From positions 15 through 64,014 of the forward strand of contig JAKSPB010000017.1 of assembly GCA_024405215.1 (NCBI GenBank): DNA of 64,000 nt, written 5' to 3'. The position numbers were made by a program, and so were the translations under genes. Below, piece by piece: positions 37,046 through 45,983 of this stretch; the first letter of the stretch is position 1; the number at the start of each line of letters is the position of its first letter. Source of the stretch: Lentisphaeria bacterium (lineage in GTDB: Bacteria > Verrucomicrobiota > Lentisphaeria > Oligosphaerales > Oligosphaeraceae). Below the pieces are notes generated by a model. It was not told the DNA's origin and did no database searches. It worked only from the letters and a program-made list of their open reading frames with translations.

Positions 37046-39541
37046 ATGACGAAGTGCTTAGACATCAAGCCGGAGAATTGGCTGAAACCCGGTAAGATTT
37101 CCTTCAAGGACATCCCTGTCTGCCAGTACAACAAGACCATCGCCCAGGAGAAGAAAGAATACTCCAAGGACGACTTCCTGGCCATCTATCACGACATGCT
37201 GGTGTGCCACACCTTCGAGACCGTGATCAACGAGATCAAGCTGCAGGGCAAGTTCGAGGATGTGGAATACAAGCATCCCGGTCCCGCCCACCTGTCCCTG
37301 GGCCAGGCCGCCACTGCCGTCGGCGCCGCCTTCAACCTGGACACGAACGACTTCACCTTCGGCAGCCATCGTTCCCACTCCGAGATCCTGGCCAAGGGCC
37401 TCTCCGCCATCCGCAAGCTGGATGACGCCGCCCTGCAGAAGGTCATCGAAGACTTCTTCGGCGGAATCACCCTGGATGTCGTCAAGAAGCACTGCAAGTG
37501 CACTACCGTGAAGGAGCTGGCCAAGTACTTCCTGGTCTACGGCGCCTACGCGGAGATCTTCGCGCGCGTGACTGGTTTCAACAAGGGCTGGGGCGGCTCC
37601 ATGCACTGCTTCTTCACCCCCTTCGGCATCTATCCCAACAACGCCATCGTCGGCGGATCCGGCCCCGTGGCTCCTGGCGCCGCTCTCTTCAAGCTGGTCA
37701 ACGACAAGCCCGGCATCGTCCTTTGCAACATCGGCGATGCTTCCTTCGGCTGCGGTCCTGTCTGGGAAGGCATGATGTTCTCCGCCATGGGTCAGTTCAA
37801 GACCCTGTGGAAGGAAAAGGGCTTCAAGGGCATGCCCATCCTCTTCAACTGCTCCAACAACGGCTACGGCATGGGCGGCCAGACCTCTTCCTCCGAGACC
37901 AAGGACTTCCTGGGCGAGACCATGCCCTACGGTGTCCTGGCCCGTATCGGCGCCGGTATCGATCCCGACCAGATGTTCGCCGAGCGTGTCAACGGCTACG
38001 ACCCCATGGCCGTCGCCGACGCCGTCAAGCGCCAGAAGGAGCACCTGCTCAAGGGCGAAGGCCCCGCGCTGCTGGATGTCGCCACCTATCGTATCGGCGG
38101 TCACTCCCCCTCCGACGCCTCCAGCTATCGTACCAAGGAAGAGCTGGACATCTGGAAGGACTTCAGCGCCATCGACGCTTTCCGCAAGAAGTACGTTGAC
38201 GGCAAGGTCTTCACCGAGCAGGAAGCCGCTCAGATCGAGAAGAGCGTCCACGACCTGGTGAAGGAGTGCTTCGTCATGGCCATCGACAAGGAGATTTCCC
38301 CCTACGAGGCCATGGATTCCATGTTCATCGAGAACGTCATGTTCTCCAACAAGAAGCTGGAGAGCTGCGACGAGAGCCGCAAGGGCGATGCAGACTTCCT
38401 GCAGCCCCTGGCCGAGAACGAGCAGTTCAAGAAGATCCAGAAGAAGCAGCGCTTCTATGCCGACGAGACGGGCAAGCCCTACAGCAAGATGCTGGTCTAC
38501 AACATCTGCGACGCCGTCTTCGAGGCCATGACCAACCGCTTCTCCAAGGATCCCACCCTGGTGGCCTTCGGCGAAGACAACCGTGATTGGGGCGGTGCAT
38601 ACGCCTGCTACCGCGGCCTGACCGAGCTGCTGCCGTACCACCGCTTCTTCAACAGCCCTATCTCCGAGGCCGCCATCATCGGCTCCGCCGTGGGTTACGC
38701 GCTGGCCGGTGGCCGTGCCGTCGCCGAAATCATGTATTGCGACTTCATCGGCCGCTGCGGTGACGAGCTCTTCAACCAGCTCTCCAAGTGGCAGGCCATG
38801 TCCGGCGGCGTGCTCCGCATGCCCGTCGTGGTCCGCATCTCCGTCGGTTTCAAGTACGGTGCGCAGCACTCCCAGGATTGGAGCAGTATCTTCAACCACA
38901 TTCCCGGCCTGAAGGTCTGCTATCCCGTCACTCCTTACGACGCCAAGGGTCTGCTCAACAGCGCCCTGGCCGGCACAGACCCCGTCATCTTCCTGGAGTC
39001 CCAGCAGTGCTACGCGAAGGGCGAGATGTTCCACAAGGGCGGCGTGCCTGCCGACTACTACGAGATTCCCATCGGCGAGCCCGATGTCAAGAAGGCCGGT
39101 AAGGACCTGACCATCATCACCCTGGGCCCGGCTCTCTACAAGGCCCTGGATGCCGCCAAGGAACTGGAGAAATACGGCGTGGACGCCGAGGTCATCGACC
39201 TGCGCGCCGTCAATCCGCTGAACTACGACAAGCTGGTCGAGTCCGTGAAGAAGACCGGCAAGGTCGTCATGGTCAACGAGGCCGTCGAGCGCGGCAATGT
39301 GATGCAGAACGTGGCCGCCAACCTGACGCAGCTGGCCTTCGACTACCTTGATGCCCCCATCGCCGTGGTCGGCAGCCGCAACTGGGTCTCCCCCGCAGCC
39401 GAGTTGGAATCCAAGTTCTTCCCGCAGATCGGCTGGATCCTGGACACCATCCACGAGCGCATCATGCCTCTGAAGGGCTACGTCCCCAGCGTCAACCGCT
39501 CTCTCGGCGAGCTGGCGCGCACTGCCCGTCTTGGCGTGTAA
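37046..39541 (+). CDS. Fused E1 alpha-beta subunit of a TPP-dependent 2-oxoacid dehydrogenase
   Basis: The alpha part carries the TPP motif GDASFGCGPVWEGMMFSA...NCSNNGYGMG. The beta part carries FGEDNRDWGGAYACYRGL and FNSPISEAAIIGSAVGYALAGGRAVAEIMYCDF. 831 aa in a single ORF. Confidence 0.85.
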   Translation: MTKCLDIKPENWLKPGKISFKDIPVCQYNKTIAQEKKEYSKDDFLAIYHDMLVCHTFETVINEIKLQGKFEDVEYKHPGPAHLSLGQAATAVGAAFNLDTNDFTFGSHRSHSEILAKGLSAIRKLDDAALQKVIEDFFGGITLDVVKKHCKCTTVKELAKYFLVYGAYAEIFARVTGFNKGWGGSMHCFFTPFGIYPNNAIVGGSGPVAPGAALFKLVNDKPGIVLCNIGDASFGCGPVWEGMMFSAMGQFKTLWKEKGFKGMPILFNCSNNGYGMGGQTSSSETKDFLGETMPYGVLARIGAGIDPDQMFAERVNGYDPMAVADAVKRQKEHLLKGEGPALLDVATYRIGGHSPSDASSYRTKEELDIWKDFSAIDAFRKKYVDGKVFTEQEAAQIEKSVHDLVKECFVMAIDKEISPYEAMDSMFIENVMFSNKKLESCDESRKGDADFLQPLAENEQFKKIQKKQRFYADETGKPYSKMLVYNICDAVFEAMTNRFSKDPTLVAFGEDNRDWGGAYACYRGLTELLPYHRFFNSPISEAAIIGSAVGYALAGGRAVAEIMYCDFIGRCGDELFNQLSKWQAMSGGVLRMPVVVRISVGFKYGAQHSQDWSSIFNHIPGLKVCYPVTPYDAKGLLNSALAGTDPVIFLESQQCYAKGEMFHKGGVPADYYEIPIGEPDVKKAGKDLTIITLGPALYKALDAAKELEKYGVDAEVIDLRAVNPLNYDKLVESVKKTGKVVMVNEAVERGNVMQNVAANLTQLAFDYLDAPIAVVGSRNWVSPAAELESKFFPQIGWILDTIHERIMPLKGYVPSVNRSLGELARTARLGV

Positions 39542-39571
39542 TCCATAAATCGGCTGCATAGCTGATATCGA

Positions 39572-39618
39572 CGAAAGGCCGGAAGAGTCTGCGCAAGCAA
39601 GGCCCTTCCGGCCTTTCG
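39572..39618 (+). terminator. 14-bp perfect stem-loop after the dehydrogenase operon
   Basis: cgaaaggccggaag (39572-39585) pairs with cttccggcctttcg (39605-39618). There is no clear T-run. Confidence 0.5.
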
Positions 39619-39796
39619 GGTGCCAGAGGGGCACGGAATGGCGTTGACAAATAACGCAAAGGCGGAAAAGAACATAAAAATCATCGGGAAAAACGTCCGG
39701 TCTTTTGATTGTACATTATCTTGAGCGAGGATTCTTTTCTGAAAATACCACTCCTTCTTCATATATGAAGTTTGTTTCCTTGAAGCAATAGATATT

Positions 39797-41152
39797 ATGG
39801 CAGACAAGCATATCATGAATATGTGTGAAGGTGGGCTCTTCGGGAAGATCATCCTCTTTGCGTTGCCCCTGTGCGGCACGTTCTTGCTGCAGCTGATGTT
39901 CAACGCCGCGGATTTGATCGTGGTGGGGCGGTTTGCTTCCCACCAGGCGCTGGCTGCCGTCGGGTCCACGGGATCCGTGCTCATGTTGATGCTGAATCTT
40001 CTTTTTGGCATTTCGGCGGGCACGAGCGTCCTGGCCGCGAATTTCTTCGGCGCCAAGGACCGGCAGAATCTCTGCAAGACCATCCATACGTCCATGCTGT
40101 TTTCCCTGGTCTCCGGCGTGGTCTTCGGCGTGATCGGTTTTTACGTGGCCCGCTTCCTGTTGAAATTGATGGCAACGCCGGACGATGTGCTGGATGGCGC
40201 GACCCTGTATATGCAAATTATCTTCCTAGGCTTGCCCTTCCGCATGACGAACGTCTTTGGGAACAGCCTGTTGCGCTCTCTGGGGGATACCAAGCGCCCG
40301 CTGATCTATCTGGTTTACGCAGGTCTTGCCAATGTGGCGCTGAATCTTCTGATGGTTGTGAAATTCCATAAGGCGGTGGAGGGCGTCGCCTGGGCGACAG
40401 TCGTTTCCGAACTGATTTCCGCCGTGCTCGTCTGGGAGGCGCTGGCGCATTTGGATGACGACATCGCATTGAGGTTCCGGAAACTCGCCTTGCACGGGAA
40501 GACCATGATCAAGTTGCTGAAGATCGGCATTCCCGCAGGAATCCAGGGCAGCTGCTATTCCCTGTCCAATGTGGTGATTCAATCCACCGTGAATTCCTTC
40601 GGTTCCCTTGCCATGGCCGGCAATGCCGCCACGGTTTCCCTGGAAGGGATCATCTATACGGGATCGGGCAGTTTCTATCATACCGCGCTCAGCTTTGCCG
40701 GACAGAATTACGGCGCGAAGAAATATGACCGCATCGTCCGTTCGGTGGCGCTGTGTCTGATGCTGAGCGGATTGATTACGACCGTCCTGGGCTGGACGTT
40801 CATCTTCTTCCGGCAGCAGTTGCTTTCCATTTACGTCACGGATCCGGAGGTGCTGGAATATGGCTACGAGCGGATGAAGGTCTCCTTCGTCCTGTATGCC
40901 TTCATGGGCTTCCTGGATGTCTTCTCCGGAGGATTGCGCGGCGTGGGCCGGTCCGTCGTCAATACGGCGATAACGATGGTGTGTGTCTGCGGATTGCGGC
41001 TTCTCTGGATCTTCTGGATCCTTCCCAAGCACAGGACCTTTCCTTTCCTCTTCGTCTCCTATCCCCTCTCCTGGGGGATTACCGCGGCCATCATGGGAGT
41101 CTATTTCTTTCTGGTCATCCGCAAGATCAAGGCTGAGGCAGCCGTTTCATGA
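39797..41152 (+). CDS. MATE family efflux transporter
   Basis: The N-terminus (LFGKIILFALPLCGTFLLQLMFNAADLIVVGRF) is typical of NorM/DinF-type MATE proteins. About 12 hydrophobic segments, 451 aa. Confidence 0.85.
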   Translation: MADKHIMNMCEGGLFGKIILFALPLCGTFLLQLMFNAADLIVVGRFASHQALAAVGSTGSVLMLMLNLLFGISAGTSVLAANFFGAKDRQNLCKTIHTSMLFSLVSGVVFGVIGFYVARFLLKLMATPDDVLDGATLYMQIIFLGLPFRMTNVFGNSLLRSLGDTKRPLIYLVYAGLANVALNLLMVVKFHKAVEGVAWATVVSELISAVLVWEALAHLDDDIALRFRKLALHGKTMIKLLKIGIPAGIQGSCYSLSNVVIQSTVNSFGSLAMAGNAATVSLEGIIYTGSGSFYHTALSFAGQNYGAKKYDRIVRSVALCLMLSGLITTVLGWTFIFFRQQLLSIYVTDPEVLEYGYERMKVSFVLYAFMGFLDVFSGGLRGVGRSVVNTAITMVCVCGLRLLWIFWILPKHRTFPFLFVSYPLSWGITAAIMGVYFFLVIRKIKAEAAVS

Positions 41153-43351
41153 TACTAGCACTTCCTGGAATTTATCGGCCAGGGAAACGAGCTTTTCCGC
41201 ATAGAAGGCGACATTTTCGTCACGGACCAGGGGATCGATCTCCTCTTCCAGTTTGCTATTGGAGACGACCTGGACGCTTTTCTTGGCACCAGTGACATAG
41301 TATCGGACGGAGTCGCCCGGCTTGAGCTCCTTCTGGGAGCGGGCGGCCAGCTCATAGACGGCGGAGCGCTTGCCTTTCCCCGAGGACAATGCGGCCTGGT
41401 AGCTCTCCACCGTCTGCGTCAGATTCTCCTTGCGGAGAAAATCGGTCAGCGGCCAGGCGTGGTTCCGGAGCTCTTCCAGATAACGTTCCTTCAACGGGGT
41501 CAGGTCCTTGCTTCTCTTCAGCAGGATCTCCTCCAGGGCTTCCTGGATAAAGCGGCGCTGGAATGGCTCCAGGCCACGGGAACGAAGGGCCGCGCCGTGC
41601 AGGCTGATGCGATTGTTCGCCTCCAGTAGCGCATAGTTCTTGCTCTTGTAGGAGAACATGGCTTGGAAGATGCCGTCCAGCTCGATTTCAATGCCCTGCG
41701 GCAGTTCCTGCTGGATTTTTTCCCGCATCTGCTGGGGCGAGATTCCCTCTGGCGGCACGAAGTAGATGCCGTCGGTGTCCATTTCCAGAATGGCGGCGCC
41801 GGCCGCTTCCAGGTGCATGCGCATCTGCGTCAGGATGCCTCGTCCTGTGGAAGTGACCTTTTCCGCCAGGGCGAAGTCATTGAAGGTCCCTTGGGCGAAT
41901 CCGAGGTATCCGTAGAAGGAGTTGATAAGGATCTTGAAGGAGTTCTGGAGGGCTTGGAACTCGTCGCGGCGGGCCTGCGTCTCCGCGCTCCTTGCCGCGT
42001 CCTTGGCCTGAAGACGGAAGGCGCGGAAGTTTTCCAGAAGATTGGCGAAGACGCCGCGGTGGTCGCTGGCGGGGGACCAGTGGTCCATCATGAGGATGGA
42101 GGGATACAGGGAGCGTACGTCCAGGTGCCAGGCGGGACGGTATGCGCCGGTGCGCCCCACGGCGGTCAGGGCGCCCTCGAAGGGGATGGCGTTCTGCGGG
42201 GAGGGCAGGGCGGCGCCTGCGTTCAGGTAGGCGGCGCAAAGCATGGCGTCGATGCGCGTGGCATTGCCGCGCAGGATGCAGTTCTGGTAGCCGATGGGGA
42301 GCAACTGCGTCTGGTAGAAGTAGCTGGGGGAGATGATGCGGGATAGACCGTCGGTTTCCCGGACGTCGTCCAGGTTGTATTCCGCTACCTCGAGGGGATT
42401 TTCATCGTAGCGCTGCGTCAGCTGGTCGCCAGGGATATAGACGCGGCCTTCCCGGGCGATGCCGTAGTATTTGGCGCAGTATTTCAGCCCGTAGGATTCC
42501 AGGTCCCGCTTGGAGACGTCCGCCAGCATTGCCAGGTGCCAGGTGTCCACGATATGCCGTCCGTAGGCATCGTAGCGCCGGAAGTTGATGATGCGCTCCG
42601 CGATGGTCAGGCGGCTGGGACGGCTCTTGGCGACGCGTCCGCCGCGCCCCAGGGCGAAGGGGATCTTGTGGCGCTTGCAGCGCTTCTCCAGATAATCCAG
42701 GTCGAAGAGGAAGATGTTGTGTCCTTCGATGACATCGGGATCCCGTTGCTGGATGGTCTCCAGGACGGTTTTGAGAAGGTTCGCCTCGCCGCCGCATTCC
42801 GCCGTGGAGAAGCAATGCTCGAAACCCGCCGTGTCTTTCAAGGCGATCATGTAGATCTCGTCTGCGGCGACCTTCGCGTCGCAGAATTTCCCCGGGACAC
42901 TGCATCGGCACTCGATGTCCAGCTGCATCCGTCGCAGTTCGTGAAACTCCATTCCTCGGAAGAGGCGGATCTGGCGGTCGATGAGAGCCTGCTGGACATC
43001 GTCGGAGAAGACCCGGTAGGGCGCCAGGGGAGAAGATGGCGTCTGGCCGGTGAGTTGCTTCAGCTGTTTCAGCGCCGCGTCATACTTCTCCCAGTTGTCG
43101 AATCGGACCCGGCATTTCTGTGCGCCCGGGCCTTCCAGGTGGTCAAGGGCCGCCGTGTCCGCCAGGCTCTGCCCCAGTTCCATGCCCGCAGTCAGAAGCC
43201 AGGGCTGGTAGGGCGTCTTCTGGCTGGTCACGGTGGCGCCGTCTTCGCTGCGCTGGAATAGCTCCAGTGCGCCATCCTCGGCGATTTCCGCGGCGACGAC
43301 GCGCTGCAGGCGGGCGGGAATCAGTTCTTCCAGGGCGGACAGATCGTTCAT
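41147..43351 (-). CDS. polB: Family B DNA polymerase (Pol II-like) with intact 3'-5' exonuclease motifs
   Basis: ExoI QLDIE, ExoII GHNIFLFDLDYL, ExoIII YNLDDVRET. Pol motif A DVRSLYPSIL, motif B KILINSFYGYLG, motif C EMDTDGIYF. Confidence 0.88.
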   Translation of the reverse strand: MNDLSALEELIPARLQRVVAAEIAEDGALELFQRSEDGATVTSQKTPYQPWLLTAGMELGQSLADTAALDHLEGPGAQKCRVRFDNWEKYDAALKQLKQLTGQTPSSPLAPYRVFSDDVQQALIDRQIRLFRGMEFHELRRMQLDIECRCSVPGKFCDAKVAADEIYMIALKDTAGFEHCFSTAECGGEANLLKTVLETIQQRDPDVIEGHNIFLFDLDYLEKRCKRHKIPFALGRGGRVAKSRPSRLTIAERIINFRRYDAYGRHIVDTWHLAMLADVSKRDLESYGLKYCAKYYGIAREGRVYIPGDQLTQRYDENPLEVAEYNLDDVRETDGLSRIISPSYFYQTQLLPIGYQNCILRGNATRIDAMLCAAYLNAGAALPSPQNAIPFEGALTAVGRTGAYRPAWHLDVRSLYPSILMMDHWSPASDHRGVFANLLENFRAFRLQAKDAARSAETQARRDEFQALQNSFKILINSFYGYLGFAQGTFNDFALAEKVTSTGRGILTQMRMHLEAAGAAILEMDTDGIYFVPPEGISPQQMREKIQQELPQGIEIELDGIFQAMFSYKSKNYALLEANNRISLHGAALRSRGLEPFQRRFIQEALEEILLKRSKDLTPLKERYLEELRNHAWPLTDFLRKENLTQTVESYQAALSSGKGKRSAVYELAARSQKELKPGDSVRYYVTGAKKSVQVVSNSKLEEEIDPLVRDENVAFYAEKLVSLADKFQEVLVS

Positions 43352-43400
43352 GGTTTCAAAAAAGCAAGGCTGAAAAGGCGTTCCAAGTCAGGAGGGGAGG

Positions 43401-43520
43401 GGAAACCACGAAGCGACACGAATGGCTGAAGCAGGCAGGCGGTCCCGGGGGAAACTGACGCTTAGTAGCGTCGCCTGACTGCAAGAACAATGTTTCTGTT
43501 CGTGTTCATTCATGGTTCAA
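43401..43520. repeat. Structured palindromic intergenic element, copy B (family shared with 26569-26647)
   Basis: Arms ggaaaccacgaagcgacacg and cgtgttcattcatggttcaa. Nested stems caggcg/cgcctg and gacgct/agcgtc. The core acacgaatggctgaagcaggc is at 43416-43436. Confidence 0.55.
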
Positions 43521-43686
43521 AGCGTCCTTTCCGCACGGACAGAAAGGGGCTTTCCCACGGTTCTTTCCCTCAATGTAGCACCTTTTTTGCGAAAAGAGAA
43601 ATCTATCGTTGATTTTTTAGGTTGTTTTTCTAAAAATACACAAAAAAGTTTTTGATGGAAATTTTCCTTTTCGGCTTGCAAAGTCG

Positions 43687-45003
43687 ATGGGATGGATTAT
43701 CATAAAGGGCATGACTGCATTGCATAACATTTTACGGGATGACAACCTCTCCGGTTCGCATGGCTGGTTGAAGGCGGACTACCTAGCCCTGGGAATACAG
43801 CTGGCCTTGCTTGCCATCGGCGTGGCGTTCATCTACGGCGCAGGCCTGGAGGTGGGCGGCGACCTGGCGGACAAGTGGCATCGGCAAATCGCCTGGATCG
43901 TCCTGGGCGGAGTGCTTTATGCCGTAACCGCCTCCGTGGACTACCATTTCTGGTGCCGGAAGAGCTTCTATTCCTATCTCCTTGGCGTGTTGATGCTCCT
44001 GGTGGTGCTGGTTTTCGGGCGGACCCTGAACAACACCCGCGGCTGGCTTCGGGTGCCCGGCGTGGGCTTTCTTCAGCCCGTGGAGCTGGCGAAGCCGCTG
44101 ACATTGCTTTTCCTGGCCTGGCTTGGGACACGGCCCGCGCTTCGCACCAGCCGCCTTGGGGAATGGCTGCCGCCGTTGGCGCTCTTCGGCGTCGTGATGA
44201 TTCCGGTGCTGCTGATCTGTCTTCAGCCGGACGTGGGGACCGCCATGGTTTTTTTCCCCGTGACCTTGGCGCTTGTCTTTCTCACGGGGTTCCGAAAACG
44301 ATGGTTCTTCCTGGGAGCCGGAATCTTCCTGCTTGCCCTGCCGATGGTTTTCATGACGTTGAAGCCCTATCAGAAGGACCGGGTGAAGGTCTTTCTGGCC
44401 GACCCCGCCCAGAAGACCGTCTCGTTTTTGGGCGCGGTGTTGCCGAAGAGCACGGGCGAGCGTCTTCAGGCGAAGCTGACCGCTTTTCTGGCCGTCCAGG
44501 AAGGCGGTAGGAAACGGGATGACTGGAATGCAGTACAGAGTCTTCTGGCCGTGGGCTCCGGCGGTCTTTCCGGAAAGGGATATCTCAAAGGGACGCAGCA
44601 TGTGCTGGGATATCTCCCCAAGACCATCGCTCCTACGGATTTCATCTTCTCCGTCATCGCGGAGGAGACCGGATTTCTGGGAGGAAGCCTGCTGATTGCT
44701 CTCTTCGCCATCTACATCCTCTGCCTCTGCCGGACCGCGCTGCTGGCGCGGGACCGGCTCGGATGCTTTTTGGCGCTGGGGACGGCGGTGATTTTCACGA
44801 CGCATATCTTCATCAACATCTCCATGACCATCGGAGCCGCCCCCATCGTGGGAATTCCCCTGCCGTTTGTCAGCTACGGCGGCTCTTTCATGTTGGGGAC
44901 GATGCTCTTGGCGGGATTGGCGCAAAGCGTCCAGATTCATCGGGATCCTTTGCCGGAGGAGATGTCCAGCATGGCGTCTGGAGAGGACAACGAGGAGGAA
45001 TAG
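43687..45003 (+). CDS. FtsW/RodA/SpoVE family peptidoglycan glycosyltransferase
   Basis: PVELAKPLTLLFLAW, QPDVGTAMVF, TDFIFSVIAEETGFLGG and PLPFVSYGGSFML. An alternative start is at 43711. Confidence 0.88.
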   Translation: MGWIIIKGMTALHNILRDDNLSGSHGWLKADYLALGIQLALLAIGVAFIYGAGLEVGGDLADKWHRQIAWIVLGGVLYAVTASVDYHFWCRKSFYSYLLGVLMLLVVLVFGRTLNNTRGWLRVPGVGFLQPVELAKPLTLLFLAWLGTRPALRTSRLGEWLPPLALFGVVMIPVLLICLQPDVGTAMVFFPVTLALVFLTGFRKRWFFLGAGIFLLALPMVFMTLKPYQKDRVKVFLADPAQKTVSFLGAVLPKSTGERLQAKLTAFLAVQEGGRKRDDWNAVQSLLAVGSGGLSGKGYLKGTQHVLGYLPKTIAPTDFIFSVIAEETGFLGGSLLIALFAIYILCLCRTALLARDRLGCFLALGTAVIFTTHIFINISMTIGAAPIVGIPLPFVSYGGSFMLGTMLLAGLAQSVQIHRDPLPEEMSSMASGEDNEEE

Positions 45004-45005
45004 CG

Positions 45006-45530
45006 ATGTTTTTCAATGGCGAAGACGATGGGGAGCGCTCTTTTTGGGACCGCTTCCTTTTTCCCCGGTTCAACCGGAAGTTCCTGGTTCGGCTCCTCTG
45101 CGTGGCAACCATGACCTTCGTGGTCTTCCGTTTTATGGTGATGCCTGCGTGGACGGACGGCCAGAGCATGATCCCCACCTACGCGGAACGGCAGTTCCTG
45201 CCCATCAACCGGATGGCCTATCTGCGGAAGGCGCCGCAGCCCGGAGACGTGGTGGCGGTACGTTACATCGGCGAGAAGGTGATGTTCCTGAAGCGTGTCG
45301 TGGCGGTGGAAGGACAGGTGGTGGAGTTCCGTCAGGGATACTTGTTCGTCAACGGCCGGAAATGCGAGGCCTCCTGGGCGCACCTGACGGATTGCGACTG
45401 GGAGCTGGAGCCGCGAATCGTCGGCGAAGGCGAGGTCTATGTCATTGGGGATAACCGTTCCATGCCCATGGAACAGCATATCTTCGGACATGTGCCAGTG
45501 GACAAGATTGTGGGAAAGCCGCTTTTCTGA
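45006..45530 (+). CDS. lepB: Signal peptidase I (S26 family)
   Basis: The ATG at 45006 gives MFFNGEDDGE...; TM LVRLLCVATMTFVVFRFMV; catalytic Ser box GQSMIPTY; Lys box FLKRVVAVEGQ; GDNRSMPMEQHIFG. The ORF track start (44763) overlaps the upstream gene. Confidence 0.85.
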   Translation: MFFNGEDDGERSFWDRFLFPRFNRKFLVRLLCVATMTFVVFRFMVMPAWTDGQSMIPTYAERQFLPINRMAYLRKAPQPGDVVAVRYIGEKVMFLKRVVAVEGQVVEFRQGYLFVNGRKCEASWAHLTDCDWELEPRIVGEGEVYVIGDNRSMPMEQHIFGHVPVDKIVGKPLF

Positions 45531-45539
45531 TGGTGAAAG

Positions 45540-45932
45540 GTGATGAAAAGAGACGTTGAACCGAAATACTGGTCATACGACCTTGGTGATGGATGGATCG
45601 CCATGGCTGGAAAGACGGATGTGGACAATGACCTGGTGAGTTTCCGGGTCGCCAGGCAGACGGACCATTGGTTTCATCTTAGCGGCGCGCCGGGAAGCCA
45701 CGTGCTTTTGCGGGGACCGGAAGGCGCGGCGCCGACCCGGGAGCTGCTGGAGGCGGCTGCGGCCATTGCCGCCTACCATAGCAAGGCCCGCAATGCGGGG
45801 AAGGTCACCGTGGATTGCTGTCTGGTCAGGGACGTGAGCAAACCGAAGCACGTTCCCGCCGGCACGGTGGAAATCTCCCATGCCAAGGGCATCAAGGTCC
45901 GTCCCGCTCTCCCGCCGGGATATACGGTCTAG
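45540..45932 (+). CDS. Stand-alone NFACT-R (DUF814) domain protein
   Basis: HWFHLSGAPGSHVLLRGPEG...AAAIAAYHSKARNAGKVTVDCCLVRDVSKPKHVPAGTVEISHAKGIKV matches the DUF814/NFACT RNA-binding pattern. GTG at 45540 or ATG at 45543. Confidence 0.75.
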   Translation: MMKRDVEPKYWSYDLGDGWIAMAGKTDVDNDLVSFRVARQTDHWFHLSGAPGSHVLLRGPEGAAPTRELLEAAAAIAAYHSKARNAGKVTVDCCLVRDVSKPKHVPAGTVEISHAKGIKVRPALPPGYTV

Positions 45933-45983
45933 TAGTCTGTAACACTTAAGAATGAGGTAGGCCGACCGCTTTGCCTGCTGGCT

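Noticed and set aside
33709-37185. 1158-aa minus-strand ORF spanning the E2 and E3 genes. Similar cases are 37058..39634 (858 aa), 3602..6409 (935 aa), 30233..32548 (771 aa), 60575..62719 (714 aa), 17080..18819, 25057..26484, 15006..16427, 10401..11630, 19372..20589 and 20318..21523.
   Set aside because: Their translations are low-complexity and rich in Gly, Ala, Arg, Asp, His and Val, with no recognisable motifs. Each lies antisense to an ORF that carries multiple textbook motifs. Long open antisense frames are expected in GC-rich coding DNA.
43485-43496. GAACaatgTTTC as a Cheo-type LexA box (GAAC-N4-GTTC) upstream of polB.
   Set aside because: It has one mismatch in the conserved GTTC half. 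It lies inside the repeated palindromic element, so the symmetry is explained by that element. The LexA motif of this lineage is unknown to me from the sequence alone.
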